Shown here: positions 42,301 through 52,068 of the stretch, in pieces
Position numbering within the stretch: position 1 is the stretch's first letter
Layout: the number at the start of each line of letters is the position of its first letter
Source of the DNA: an uncultured Desulfosarcina sp.
GTDB lineage: Bacteria; Desulfobacterota; Desulfobacteria; Desulfobacterales; Desulfosarcinaceae
Direction of reading: 5' to 3'
NCBI GenBank assembly: GCA_963674945.2
Contig: CAXXWQ010000002.1
Coordinates: 1 to 64,000, forward strand
DNA: 64,000 nucleotides
Made by a program: the position numbers and the translations under genes
Notes under the pieces: generated by a model
The model's database searches: none
Told to the model about the DNA's origin: nothing
Seen by the model: the letters and a program-made list of their open reading frames with translations, nothing else

Positions 42301-43424
42301 AACCGTTGCTTACAGTTATGATGCCCTTAACCGACTGAGAGTCGAGGATTATGCCTATGACAACCTTGATGTCATCTATACCTATGATGCCTACGAAAGC
42401 GGGGTAAATTACGGTATCGGCAGGTTGACCGGAATGAGTGACGGTTTCAGCAGTTATAGTTATGGATACGATGCGCATGGGAATATAAACAAAGTCACCA
42501 AGATAGTAGACGGCATTTCTTACGTAACCGAATACGCCTATGATTCAGGCAGCTTGCTCGACAAGATGATTATGCCTGGGGGACAAATCGTATCCTATAA
42601 TCGAGATAGTGCCGGTCAAGTTTCGGGGGTGGATTACAAACAAAGCGATGCCTCACCATTACAAATTCTTGCTTACGGCATTTACTACGAGCCCTTCGGA
42701 CCGATGAAAACCCTCTCTGCATGGTCCAACAACAGCGACTCGGTGAGAACTTACGATTTAAGCTATGGGATCGATACAATCTATGATAGTACGATCAATG
42801 GCGGCGTTACGATCCAGGAGCTTGAATTCATACATGATGATGTCGGCAACATCACCGATATTTTGAATACAGCAGACAGCACCCGTGACCAACATTTCAA
42901 CAATGATGATTTATATCGCATCGATTCTTTTATGGGAATTTATGGATCGGTTGATTTCACCGACGACTATAATTTCACCAGCTACGATCCAAATGGCAAC
43001 CGAGAGTGGTATAGAAGATATGACTTTTGGTGGAATGGGTTCAATTATGAGATGGAGAAGATCAATTACAGCTATGATTCCGACAGCAATAAACTGGTTG
43101 ATAAACAGGTTCTGTCTGGAGTATTACAACCACGACCACTACCGTACACAGTAATCTACAGCCACGACGATGATGGAAACTTGGTTTCATCGGCGGCAGA
43201 GACGGCGGTTTCTGTGACGGCCACGCCCACGGAATATGTTTACAACCCACTGGGACAAAGAATAAAGAAAATCCACGGGGGTTTGACGACCAATTATCAT
43301 TATGACAAGGACGGCCGATTGATCGGAGAAAGTGACGTCCTGGGCAATTTGACGCAGTTATACATCTATCTCAATGGAGTTCCCTTTGCCAACGTTAAGA
43401 TCAATGGTACAAATGAAGATATTT

Positions 43425-45175
43425 CCTAAATTTTGCACGACGAATCATAAATAAGGAAGAAACCATCTGGGAATCCTGTTATAAAGGGAGGTGACATGCT
43501 TCCACAATAAAAACAGGAGGTACCCAGATGGTAAAATCAAGTAAATCAAAAAGCCGTAAAAACCGCAAGAACAAAGGGTTTAAGAAAAACGCTGCCAAGG
43601 CCAGAAAAATCAACGCTTCTACGCCGCATGAGACATGCAGCGAGCAACTAAGTCCATTTGGCGGGCTTTTAGCGATGATCAAATTTTTCGATTTGATCGA
43701 TTTCAAACAAATATTTAACTCCACCTATCATGCGCCTGTCCGGCAGCCAAAGCTGGGCCACTATTCGATGGTGGCAGGACTTCTGATGCTACTGTTTATA
43801 GGCTTTAACAGAATCTGGCATTTTACCTACATCCGACTCGATGCCATGCTGTGTGGATTTTTCCGACTGACAAAGTTGCCGGTGTCGAGCACCTTCTGGC
43901 GATACCTTGACAGCTTGGGAATTAACCAAGCCCAGTCCCTTCAGAAGCTCATGAGCATTCTGCGAGAACGGGTGTGGCAACAACTGGGTTTCAATTATTA
44001 CCGGATATGCATCGATATCGACACCACCGTCGAGACGCTGTACGGCAATCAGCAAGGAGGCAGGAAAGGCCATAACACCAAAAACCGGGGAAAGAAAGGT
44101 TACCGTCCGGTGCTGTGCTTCATTGAGCAGACCCGGGAGTGTCTTATCGGAAAGCTTCGAAAAGGTGAAACACTCAGTGGCAAACAGACCGCTGCCTTTA
44201 TCCTCCAGACAAAATCCCATTTACCCGGTTGTGTTCGCCAAGTCCTGCTGCGGGCCGATGGAGAGTTCCTGAGCTGGGAAAGTGTCCAGACTGCAAGACA
44301 CTGCGGCTATGACTTCATCATCGCCAACAAGAGATGCGACCCGCCCTTTGATCCGAGAGGTTGGTATCGGCCCTGGAAACGCAAGGATGTTGAGTATAAC
44401 AGCTGCGTCTATCAGCCCCTTGGTTGGGATACCCCGTGCCGGTTTGTGGCCATGCGTATACCGAAAGCCAAATCAACTTCAAACCAGCAAGTGCAATGCC
44501 TACTCTTTGAAGACGACAACTATACATACCGGATATTCTGCACGAACCTTTCAGGGCCGGCCCATGAGGTGGTCAGCAAGTATGATAAACGCGCTGACGT
44601 TGAAAACCTGGTGGGTGAGGCCAAACGTGAAGGGCTTGAGGCCATCCCATCAGCAAAGTTCAAAAACAATTATGCGTTCTTTCAACTTGTAGTGCTGTCG
44701 TATAACATTTGGCGTTACATCAAGATGCTTGCCGCCATGAGCCAGGACAGAAAAAAGATGCCGCATTTAAAAACGGTGGCATCCAATACAATCCGGATCG
44801 CCAGGTTGAAGCTGCTTTTCATTGCCGCAAAAGTTGTCAAAGATCAAAACCGTGACAAGGTCAAGTTCTCCGTACACGATGCGAGAACGCCCGCGATGAT
44901 CCATTTTCTCGACTTCCTGGATCAAGCGCGATTGAAACCGAAGCCGTGGAGACAAGTGGCATGTTGAACGTCTGCGTAACTCGGGAAAATATCATGCAAG
45001 AATTTTTTTTCACGACAATTTCCTTTGTATATGGGCAGTTAAACGAAACACGTGCAAACCGTATACTTCACACTAAAGGCAACGATCATGTGTTAGAGTA
45101 GAAAACGAACTCTTCGTCATTTTGAAAAAATTGGCCACCGTGGCCAATTAAAGCTAATTGCGTGCAAAATTCAGG
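43425..45175 (+). mobile_element. IS1380-family element
   Basis: TIRs CCTAAATTTTGCACG / CCTGAATTTTGCACG (14/15); 5-bp TSD TATTT at 43420-43424 and 45176-45180. Confidence 0.93.
43528..44967 (+). CDS. IS1380-family DDE transposase
   Basis: SPFGGL, IDIDTT, GYRP, LRADGEF, YDKRADVENLVGEAK. Confidence 0.9.
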   Translation: MVKSSKSKSRKNRKNKGFKKNAAKARKINASTPHETCSEQLSPFGGLLAMIKFFDLIDFKQIFNSTYHAPVRQPKLGHYSMVAGLLMLLFIGFNRIWHFTYIRLDAMLCGFFRLTKLPVSSTFWRYLDSLGINQAQSLQKLMSILRERVWQQLGFNYYRICIDIDTTVETLYGNQQGGRKGHNTKNRGKKGYRPVLCFIEQTRECLIGKLRKGETLSGKQTAAFILQTKSHLPGCVRQVLLRADGEFLSWESVQTARHCGYDFIIANKRCDPPFDPRGWYRPWKRKDVEYNSCVYQPLGWDTPCRFVAMRIPKAKSTSNQQVQCLLFEDDNYTYRIFCTNLSGPAHEVVSKYDKRADVENLVGEAKREGLEAIPSAKFKNNYAFFQLVVLSYNIWRYIKMLAAMSQDRKKMPHLKTVASNTIRIARLKLLFIAAKVVKDQNRDKVKFSVHDARTPAMIHFLDFLDQARLKPKPWRQVAC

Positions 45176-45829
45176 TATTTACATTTACCACACTGACCAT
45201 CTGGGAACCCCGCAAAAGATGACCGATAGCAGCGGGACGGTGGTTTGGGCTGCGGATTACAAACCGTTTGGTCAGGTGGATTGGACGATTGTTTGGCCGC
45301 CTGATTATGGTGGTATTACGGTCAATACTATTGAGAATAACTTGCGGTTGGCGGGCCAATATTACGATGCCGAGACCGGTCTGCACTACAACTACCACCG
45401 ATATTATCATCCGGCTACTGGGAGGTACCTGACGCCTGATCCGATTGGGTTGTTGGGTGGCATCAACTTGTATTCGTACGTCCAAAATAATCCGATTAAT
45501 TTTATTGATCCGTTGGGGTTATTTTCTTGGGGCTTTGGTGGAACAATAGGTCCAGTAACAATTAGCTGGGATTCTTCAAAGCCCACGAAAACGAATACTT
45601 CCTTTGTGAGTGACCTTGAGATAGGCGGAGGCTTTTCTTTCACATTTGACCACCCATTTCCTGATTCCAATCCACCAACTACCCCCTTTGACGTAAATGT
45701 TGGGCCAAGCAGATGGATAGGCTTTTCAACAGATGGGGATAAATTCAGTATAAAAATAGGATTAGGGGTTGGGTTAACGCCGATTGATATCTCATCAAAA
45801 GGGGAAGATTCTCAGAATGGTGGCTGCGA

Positions 45830-46033
45830 ATGAAACAATATTTACCAATAATATTTGCTATAATTTCTGGCTGCTGTCTGTTGATTATTGCAATTAGAAA
45901 TAAGATTCCGTTTTTTGGGGGCCTATTATCTCCTAAGATTAAAATTCAATTAAGCAGAACAGATAAGTATCTTTCTCTGTTCGCACTTTTGTTTTTTTTA
46001 TTTTCTCTTTTATTGGTTTGTTTAAATTACTAG
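45830..46033 (+). CDS. Putative two-TM immunity protein
   Basis: ATGA overlap with the Rhs stop; very AT-rich; two hydrophobic helices. Confidence 0.7.
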   Translation: MKQYLPIIFAIISGCCLLIIAIRNKIPFFGGLLSPKIKIQLSRTDKYLSLFALLFFLFSLLLVCLNY

Positions 46034-46499
46034 CGTCATAGGATGGTTTGAGGAAAAAAAACCAGCAAAAGAAATGAAAACCGGCGGTTGAGGAGATCAT
46101 TTTTCTCCTTTAACAGCCTTTTTTATCAAAATCGATCCAATCCTTCAGGGCCATAGAAAAAGCAAAAGTCCAATCCCCGCAAAAGCCGCAGCGAAAGGAA
46201 AAGGGGCCGGCGTGCTTTGTGCAGGGATATATTGCCGCGTTATCGGACGGCATTTTGCCGCCAAAGCCGGAAGGCTATCGGATAGACAAAATTCTGTACG
46301 ATAACGGCTCAATATGTACGGGTGCACAAAGCATGACGGCCCCGTAGATCAAGAACGTGAATGAGGGTTGGGGCAGAGCTAATCCAATGAATTGAAAGCA
46401 TAAGAACCAAAACAGCCTCAAACGGATACTTTTGGCCCCAAAAAAGGATAGTTTAAGAAATAACGCAGCTTCATTCAAAGAAATAGGGAGAATACAGAA

Positions 46500-47201
46500 A
46501 TGGCTATGAGAATAATCGTTTGCTCACTGAATCTTCTGCTGTTGGTTGGTCTGGTTGCTTGCGGTGATGGAGGCGGCAAACCGGAAAACAACATATCCGA
46601 CAATTCCACAAAATACCTGGCGAAAAACATTGTGTTCGAAACAAATGGTGCCTCGACGATACAATCTTCAAACAACTCCAATCCCTTTAATTTCAACCTG
46701 GTGCGGAAAGCATTCGCCCAGACCGATAATGTCGATACTGAGACGCAAATCATGGCAAAAAACGTTATTTTTGAAAATGAGCCGAATTCTAAAATCGAGT
46801 CCGACAATGTCCAGGACGCCCTTGAGGAAATTTCCTTGATATTTTCAGATGTCATTGTGGGAAAATGGAGTATCGTCAATCTCAATTATTCTACCATAAC
46901 GCACGTGGGGACTGGCTTGGTTGAAATTTATGACGATGGAACCTTCGATCTGATTGAAGGATCGTTCGCCGCGATTGGTGAGGGATCGAGCGGAATGTGC
47001 ACACACGTGGAAGATAGCCAGAGTTACGAATTTCATACCAAATCCCTAGCGACTTTTAAACACTCAAACAAAGGTGCTAAGAATTCGGTAATCCCCCTAT
47101 TGGTCTCTCTTGAGGAAGATGAAATCGTTCTGATTGGCGCAGGCGGTTGTGGTGCTGGCGGTAGGTGGAGGGTATCCATCTTGACGAGAGTGGTCGAATA
47201 G
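46500..47201 (+). CDS. Hypothetical lipoprotein with a short internal repeat
   Basis: Lipobox LVAC; LAKNIVFE / MAKNVIFE repeat; ESDNVQDALEEI. Confidence 0.7.
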   Translation: MAMRIIVCSLNLLLLVGLVACGDGGGKPENNISDNSTKYLAKNIVFETNGASTIQSSNNSNPFNFNLVRKAFAQTDNVDTETQIMAKNVIFENEPNSKIESDNVQDALEEISLIFSDVIVGKWSIVNLNYSTITHVGTGLVEIYDDGTFDLIEGSFAAIGEGSSGMCTHVEDSQSYEFHTKSLATFKHSNKGAKNSVIPLLVSLEEDEIVLIGAGGCGAGGRWRVSILTRVVE

Positions 47202-47314
47202 GGGGTCGATCCTCGAACCGGTTTTCAGGTGACACGTTTCCTTAAAAAGGGCTGTTTTATCTGGAAAAATGCCGAACGGTGGTTGAGGGCAGAATTACCG
47301 ACCTACAATAAGTT

Positions 47315-47617
47315 TCATTGGGCAGGTCGGAAGTCCTCGAGGACTTGATTGAGCAGAATCAAATTTCTTTTCGGATCGTTTCGATACAAAACAACCCGAA
47401 AGCGATCGGTTCCCAGACAACCAGTAATATGGCTGACGCCCCTGATTTCCCCTCTGAATAAGGGTTTGGGAAAGTCGGGGTAATAGTCAATATCACCTTT
47501 TGTCTTCAGGAAGTTGATAAAATCGATGTCTGTTGAGCGGTAAAGGACGAATTCGTAAATCATCGATCCATCGATACAATCTTCCAGTTTTTTGTATTTC
47601 TTGACAATCGGCATCAT
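47315..47617 (-). CDS. Small hypothetical protein, last gene of the MCP-V4R operon
   Basis: ATGA overlap with the desulfurase; LEDCIDGS and YYPDFPKP motifs. Confidence 0.7.
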   Translation of the reverse strand: MMPIVKKYKKLEDCIDGSMIYEFVLYRSTDIDFINFLKTKGDIDYYPDFPKPLFRGEIRGVSHITGCLGTDRFRVVLYRNDPKRNLILLNQVLEDFRPAQ

Positions 47618-48759
47618 CCGTTTCTCATATTAGCCGAATCGGCGATTTTCAAAATGGCATCGGCAACGGCATCGACATCCCGATTCCGGCTTAATGCCGA
47701 GAAACTGACTCTCACGGTTCCCTTGTCGGTATCGAGGTGGTGGTGAATGAGCGGTGCGCAGTGCAGGCCGGTCCGGACGACAATACCAAAAGCCGATTCG
47801 AGCAGATAACCGACCTCTCCCGGTGATATGCCATCAATTGTCAGGCTGGTAATTGCCACACAAGAAGAGAGTCCCGACGGCGCTATTGCCTTTATACGGG
47901 GATGATTTGCCAGTCGGTCTAAAAATCGTTTGCGAAAGTCGGAAACAGTGGCTTGAATCTTCTCCCATCCCAATGACTGAATGTAGCCGATCCCCGCGGT
48001 TAGACTTAAAATACCAGGTTGGTTTGGCGTTCCTGACTCATAAATCAACGGTCGATCCGGCGGTTGCGACAAAAGATCGCTGCGGACACCGGTCCCCCCC
48101 GTCAAGAGTGGCCGTAAAGACAGGTTTGGGGCAATGTAGACGATACCGCTCCCAGGCAGTCCGAACAACCCCTTGTGACCCGCGCAGACCATGGCTGACG
48201 GTTTTATCTCATCGATGGAAATCGGTAAGTGTCCAGCCGACTGGGAGGCATCAATTGCGCAAATGATATTTCGGTCATTGCATATGCGGCAGATTTCGGC
48301 GATGTCCTGAACCGCTCCGGTGACATTGGAGGCGTGAGATAGGAATATAGCCTTGGTACTTGGTGTCAGCGCCCGGACAATATTTTGGGGTTCCACGTAA
48401 CCGGTTTGATCGCACGGCACAATTTCCAGGTCGATGCGATGGAGATTTTTCAAGCGAAACAACGGCCTTAATAGGGAATTGTGTTCGATGGCCGTGGTAA
48501 CTACATGGCCGTGGGATAGGTCAAGTCCCTGGACAAGCAGGTTTAATGACTCCGTCGCGCCAGAAGAAAAAAACAGATTTGTCGGGTCCGAAATGTGGAA
48601 AAATCCGGCGATGCTGCGCCTTGCTTCGCCGATCAGGTCGGCACCCTCGGCGCCGGTTCGTCCCGCTTCACACGGAACACGGTCAAACCAACCCGTTACG
48701 ATGTCTTTGACAACCTGCGGTTTTGGGAAAGTGGTTGCCGCGTTGTTGCAGTAAATCAT
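47614..48759 (-). CDS. Class-V PLP aminotransferase, cysteine desulfurase (SufS/group II-like)
   Basis: NAATTFPKP, GATESLN, EHNS, HASNVTG, DASQ, GHKGL (PLP Lys), RTGLHCA (catalytic Cys). Confidence 0.92.
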   Translation of the reverse strand: MIYCNNAATTFPKPQVVKDIVTGWFDRVPCEAGRTGAEGADLIGEARRSIAGFFHISDPTNLFFSSGATESLNLLVQGLDLSHGHVVTTAIEHNSLLRPLFRLKNLHRIDLEIVPCDQTGYVEPQNIVRALTPSTKAIFLSHASNVTGAVQDIAEICRICNDRNIICAIDASQSAGHLPISIDEIKPSAMVCAGHKGLFGLPGSGIVYIAPNLSLRPLLTGGTGVRSDLLSQPPDRPLIYESGTPNQPGILSLTAGIGYIQSLGWEKIQATVSDFRKRFLDRLANHPRIKAIAPSGLSSCVAITSLTIDGISPGEVGYLLESAFGIVVRTGLHCAPLIHHHLDTDKGTVRVSFSALSRNRDVDAVADAILKIADSANMRNG

Positions 48760-48774
48760 GTTGAAGTATAACGA

Positions 48775-49368
48775 TCACCGGGGCGTCACAATAAATTCCC
48801 CATGGCGATGCCCCATCTCGATACCCCTGGTTTGTTCACATTTGAATGTGCCATAGCCATTGGGATAGGCTTTTCCGTAACCCAAATCCATAAACGCCCT
48901 GGAAACACCCTTAATCATGTAAGCGCATGGTTTATGCGGCTCATAGGTATCGGCAATTTCGGATTCATAATAATCATACGCATGGATAACCATTTTTTTG
49001 CCGGGTTTCAGCTCGACAATTTCCGTATTTGCCCAACCCCAAGCCGTGAAGACTGCAAATGCGCCGTGCAATACATCCTCAGGCATTTTTTCAATCATGG
49101 GGCCGACGATGGATTTGAATTCTTCGGAGTTGATAATGCCCCAGCCCGTATGGTAGCCGCACTCGCCGGCAGCCCTCTCCAAACCCTTTTCGACCGATTC
49201 GAAATCGCTTTTCGAAGCGGCTTTCAACATTTTTTCGGCAAAGGTGTTCCAGAAATTCGCCGGCAGAAATTGTACCAATACGCCGAAGGCCGGAATCATA
49301 CCGTCATCGTTTCCTTTTACTTTGATCTGAGACAACAGTTCAATGGCGTGTTTTCTATCGATAGCCAC
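48775..49368 (-). CDS. V4R/4-vinyl-reductase-like ligand-binding protein B
   Basis: AWGWA, YES, PCAYMIKG, CEQTRGIEMG..GEFIV V4R-type pattern. Confidence 0.72.
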   Translation of the reverse strand: MAIDRKHAIELLSQIKVKGNDDGMIPAFGVLVQFLPANFWNTFAEKMLKAASKSDFESVEKGLERAAGECGYHTGWGIINSEEFKSIVGPMIEKMPEDVLHGAFAVFTAWGWANTEIVELKPGKKMVIHAYDYYESEIADTYEPHKPCAYMIKGVSRAFMDLGYGKAYPNGYGTFKCEQTRGIEMGHRHGEFIVTPR

Positions 49369-49900
49369 AATCGACTCCTAATTTTATGGTTACTTCGAAC
49401 TCAGAGACGCGATCACCTCTGACAATACTGCGGGTTTCTCTAACTTGATAAGTCCCGATGGATCTATCGTTGATTGCCGAAAATGCCGCGGCAATGTAAC
49501 CCTGTCCGATAAAATTGACTGGGAATGTTTCCTTCTTCCACTTGCTTACCCATCCTTCATCAACATGCGAGTGCTTCATGGTCGCACTACCGCCCTCATT
49601 GGATAGCTTTAGGGAGAGTTTGCCCAGCCCTGTCAGCCCGAAATATTGCTCGGCAATTTCTCGGCGATCGTCGATAGCATCTACTTTTTCCACAATGAAA
49701 TATTTGGACAATGACAGATATGCGGCTTCTTCCATCGATTCGAACAAAAGCCGCGGTCCTCCCATATACTTTGAGTCGATCGCCAGTTTGGTGTACAACG
49801 TTGCATAATGGTGACAATGCAGTACCGAAGTTTCGTTGTTCACATATTGTAGGCATTTTTGCGGATCAAAGCGTTGTTCAAACTTACATTCAACGGCCAT
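49355..49900 (-). CDS. V4R-like ligand-binding protein A with HCHHY motif
   Basis: VLHCHHY, GLGKL, GYIAAAF, VRETRSIVRGDRVSEFEV. Confidence 0.72.
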   Translation of the reverse strand: MAVECKFEQRFDPQKCLQYVNNETSVLHCHHYATLYTKLAIDSKYMGGPRLLFESMEEAAYLSLSKYFIVEKVDAIDDRREIAEQYFGLTGLGKLSLKLSNEGGSATMKHSHVDEGWVSKWKKETFPVNFIGQGYIAAAFSAINDRSIGTYQVRETRSIVRGDRVSEFEVTIKLGVDCGYR

Positions 49901-49941
49901 TATTTTCCTCCACTTACGTGTGTGAATGGTTGAGCAGGTAC

Positions 49942-51111
49942 CTATTTCATATTTAGAACGGTACGCTTGGAACGAATCGCTATTTTACCCAATCGATTAA
50001 GAGAATCGAGCATTCTATAGCGGTCCTGATCTATCCGGCTGATGGATTCGATCACATTTGAAGTAATTCCTTCCAAACCATTGATGGTGCCTTCAATTTC
50101 ACGATTGGCTTGGGCTTGATTTTGAATTGAAGCATTCAATTCGTTGCTGATTCCCAACAATGAGCTGCTGGCTCTGCTAAGTTCTTCCGTGGCGGAAGCC
50201 TGCTCCGTCATTACATCGGAAATATCTTGGCTCAACGAAGATGTCCGGTCGATGTTCTCCATCAAGACGCCATATCCTTTCAGCGCATCCTTTGACATAC
50301 TTGCCGAGGTCTCGATGGTTTTCAGTGTTTCGGAGATAGTATTGTATATTTCTTTGGCATTGGAATCGGTCTGGTTGGCCAAATCCTTGATCTCAGATGC
50401 GACTACCGCAAATCCCTTCCCCGCATCTCCTGCACGGGCGGCTTCAATGGTCGCATTGAGCGCCAATAGATTTGTCTGGTCAGCCAATTCTTGGATCATT
50501 TTTACGACGTTGTTTATCTTTTCAGAGGCTTTTTCTATTGTACCGATGGATTGAACCGTTCCACGAATACTCTCTTCGCCATCTATAGATACCTGTTTGA
50601 GCGTATTGGCCACTTCGTTCGCTTCTTTGCTGCGGTCGGCAACCTCTCCGATGGAGGTGGAAATTTCCGTAATGGAACCGGAGAACGATTCGATGATTTG
50701 AAACTGGTCTTCCATATTGGCATTTATCGAATCCAAAGAGGTAATCATTTCGGTAACTGCCGCGGAGCTGCCGTGGGCGGCATCTTTTTGGCGATCCATC
50801 AATTTCAGAATTTTTTCCACCGACTGAATGACTTCGCTGATGACAACAACAAAGTATTTAAAGGCTTTTTCCAGCACACTTACGTTCATGGACAGATCGG
50901 TCCCGACGTTATTTTTTACCGTGCCATTGTTTCTCAACAAACGCATCGATTGTCCCGCAAGAAAGACAAATACGAAAGTGGCGAGCCCCATAAACAATGA
51001 GTTGCTCAACATATGATGAAGGAAAACGATGATCACGGCAGTGGGGATCGTTATGATGACAGGGGTTGTATAACGCCCGGACAGTGTTTTTCTTATTAAC
51101 CTTTTTAACAT
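49942..51111 (-). CDS. Methyl-accepting chemotaxis protein lacking a sensory domain
   Basis: Two closely spaced N-terminal TMs; QTNLLALNATIEAARAGDAGKGFAVVASEIK. Confidence 0.93.
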   Translation of the reverse strand: MLKRLIRKTLSGRYTTPVIITIPTAVIIVFLHHMLSNSLFMGLATFVFVFLAGQSMRLLRNNGTVKNNVGTDLSMNVSVLEKAFKYFVVVISEVIQSVEKILKLMDRQKDAAHGSSAAVTEMITSLDSINANMEDQFQIIESFSGSITEISTSIGEVADRSKEANEVANTLKQVSIDGEESIRGTVQSIGTIEKASEKINNVVKMIQELADQTNLLALNATIEAARAGDAGKGFAVVASEIKDLANQTDSNAKEIYNTISETLKTIETSASMSKDALKGYGVLMENIDRTSSLSQDISDVMTEQASATEELSRASSSLLGISNELNASIQNQAQANREIEGTINGLEGITSNVIESISRIDQDRYRMLDSLNRLGKIAIRSKRTVLNMK

Positions 51112-51441
51112 GAAAGCATCCCTTTTTTGAGCAAGTGAATCAAAACCTAATTCATATATTCTATTATAGGTCGCATGCGGATAGATATTAATAATTGAAT
51201 TGAAAGTTTGCCGGGATGGCCTTTATGTGTAGAATTACATTTTGATTTTAGATGGTTATGTAAGAAGCAGCATGCCATCGGTTGCCGTAGCGGGACAATT
51301 TTCTCGATATCCTCCAATACCGGCTCATTCAGATAGTAAAGGGAGTGACAATCCGATCCCAGTACACGATTAAAGTCTCGCATGAAATTGACGATTTAGA
51401 TTATTAATTATGGTTACTGCTAAATCCGTAAGAGGCAAATA

Positions 51442-51957
51442 ATGGCGGAAAAATTGAATCAACAAGCAAAGGCCGCGAAGGATCCCATGATTCATGTTGC
51501 CCTGAATCGTCAAAGGGAAGGGATTTTTGTCTGTCCGGCTTGTAAAAACAGCGTTTCCAAGGATCTGAGCAAGGTTGCGAACGCTTCGCGGGCGATTCGG
51601 ATCAACTGCAAGTGCAGATGTGGCCACGTTTATCAGGTTCTGGTGGATCGTCGAAGCAATATTCGCGAGTCCGTCAATTTCGTTGGACTGTTTCATTGCG
51701 ATACCGACACGGAAAAAGCAAAAAAAGGGTTGATCAAGATCATTGATATCTCTTTGTCCGGCCTTCAGTTTTCGTTGAACACCGCTCCCGATTTTACAAT
51801 CGGCGATCGAATTACAGTCGAGTTTACCCTGGATGATTTGAATCGTTCCAAGGTTCGTGAGGAAGGAATCGTCCGCTGGACCCATGCAAACAAGGTTGGC
51901 GTTCAATTCGAGAATAGTAAGCGGCATAACAAACTGGGCTTGTATCTGTTTCAATAA
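51442..51957 (+). CDS. Zinc-ribbon + PilZ domain protein
   Basis: CPAC...CRCGH; RRSNIR and DISLSG c-di-GMP motifs. Confidence 0.9.
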   Translation: MAEKLNQQAKAAKDPMIHVALNRQREGIFVCPACKNSVSKDLSKVANASRAIRINCKCRCGHVYQVLVDRRSNIRESVNFVGLFHCDTDTEKAKKGLIKIIDISLSGLQFSLNTAPDFTIGDRITVEFTLDDLNRSKVREEGIVRWTHANKVGVQFENSKRHNKLGLYLFQ

Positions 51958-52068
51958 CCTCCAGCCGTATCTTTCCGAAACGACCTGCCGGGCGTTCCTT
52001 CATACCGATTTGTCCATTCCTGATTTTACCGTCATGGATACGCCTATGGGGCGGAATATCGATTTTTC

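Larger units (their letters stand above)
39500..45833 (+). pseudogene. Rhs/YD-repeat polymorphic toxin (1525 aa reconstructed) interrupted by an IS
   Basis: N-terminal hydrophobic signal, TSP3-like DGDGVGD repeats, DUF6531-like GDPINILSGN...FKRFYNS...LGYGW, YD repeats; core YHTDHLGTP...DPIG...DPLGL lies after the IS; joining 43424 to 45181 reads NEDIYIYHTDHLG in frame. Confidence 0.93.

Noticed and set aside
46145..46327. Minus-strand ORF ending PAPFPFAAAFAGIGLLLFLWP as a third sorting-signal peptide
   Set aside because: No basic tail, no RBS, poor match to the other two
51260..51285. Sigma-54-like TGGCATGCTGCTTCT upstream of the MCP
   Set aside because: Lacks the conserved -12 GC
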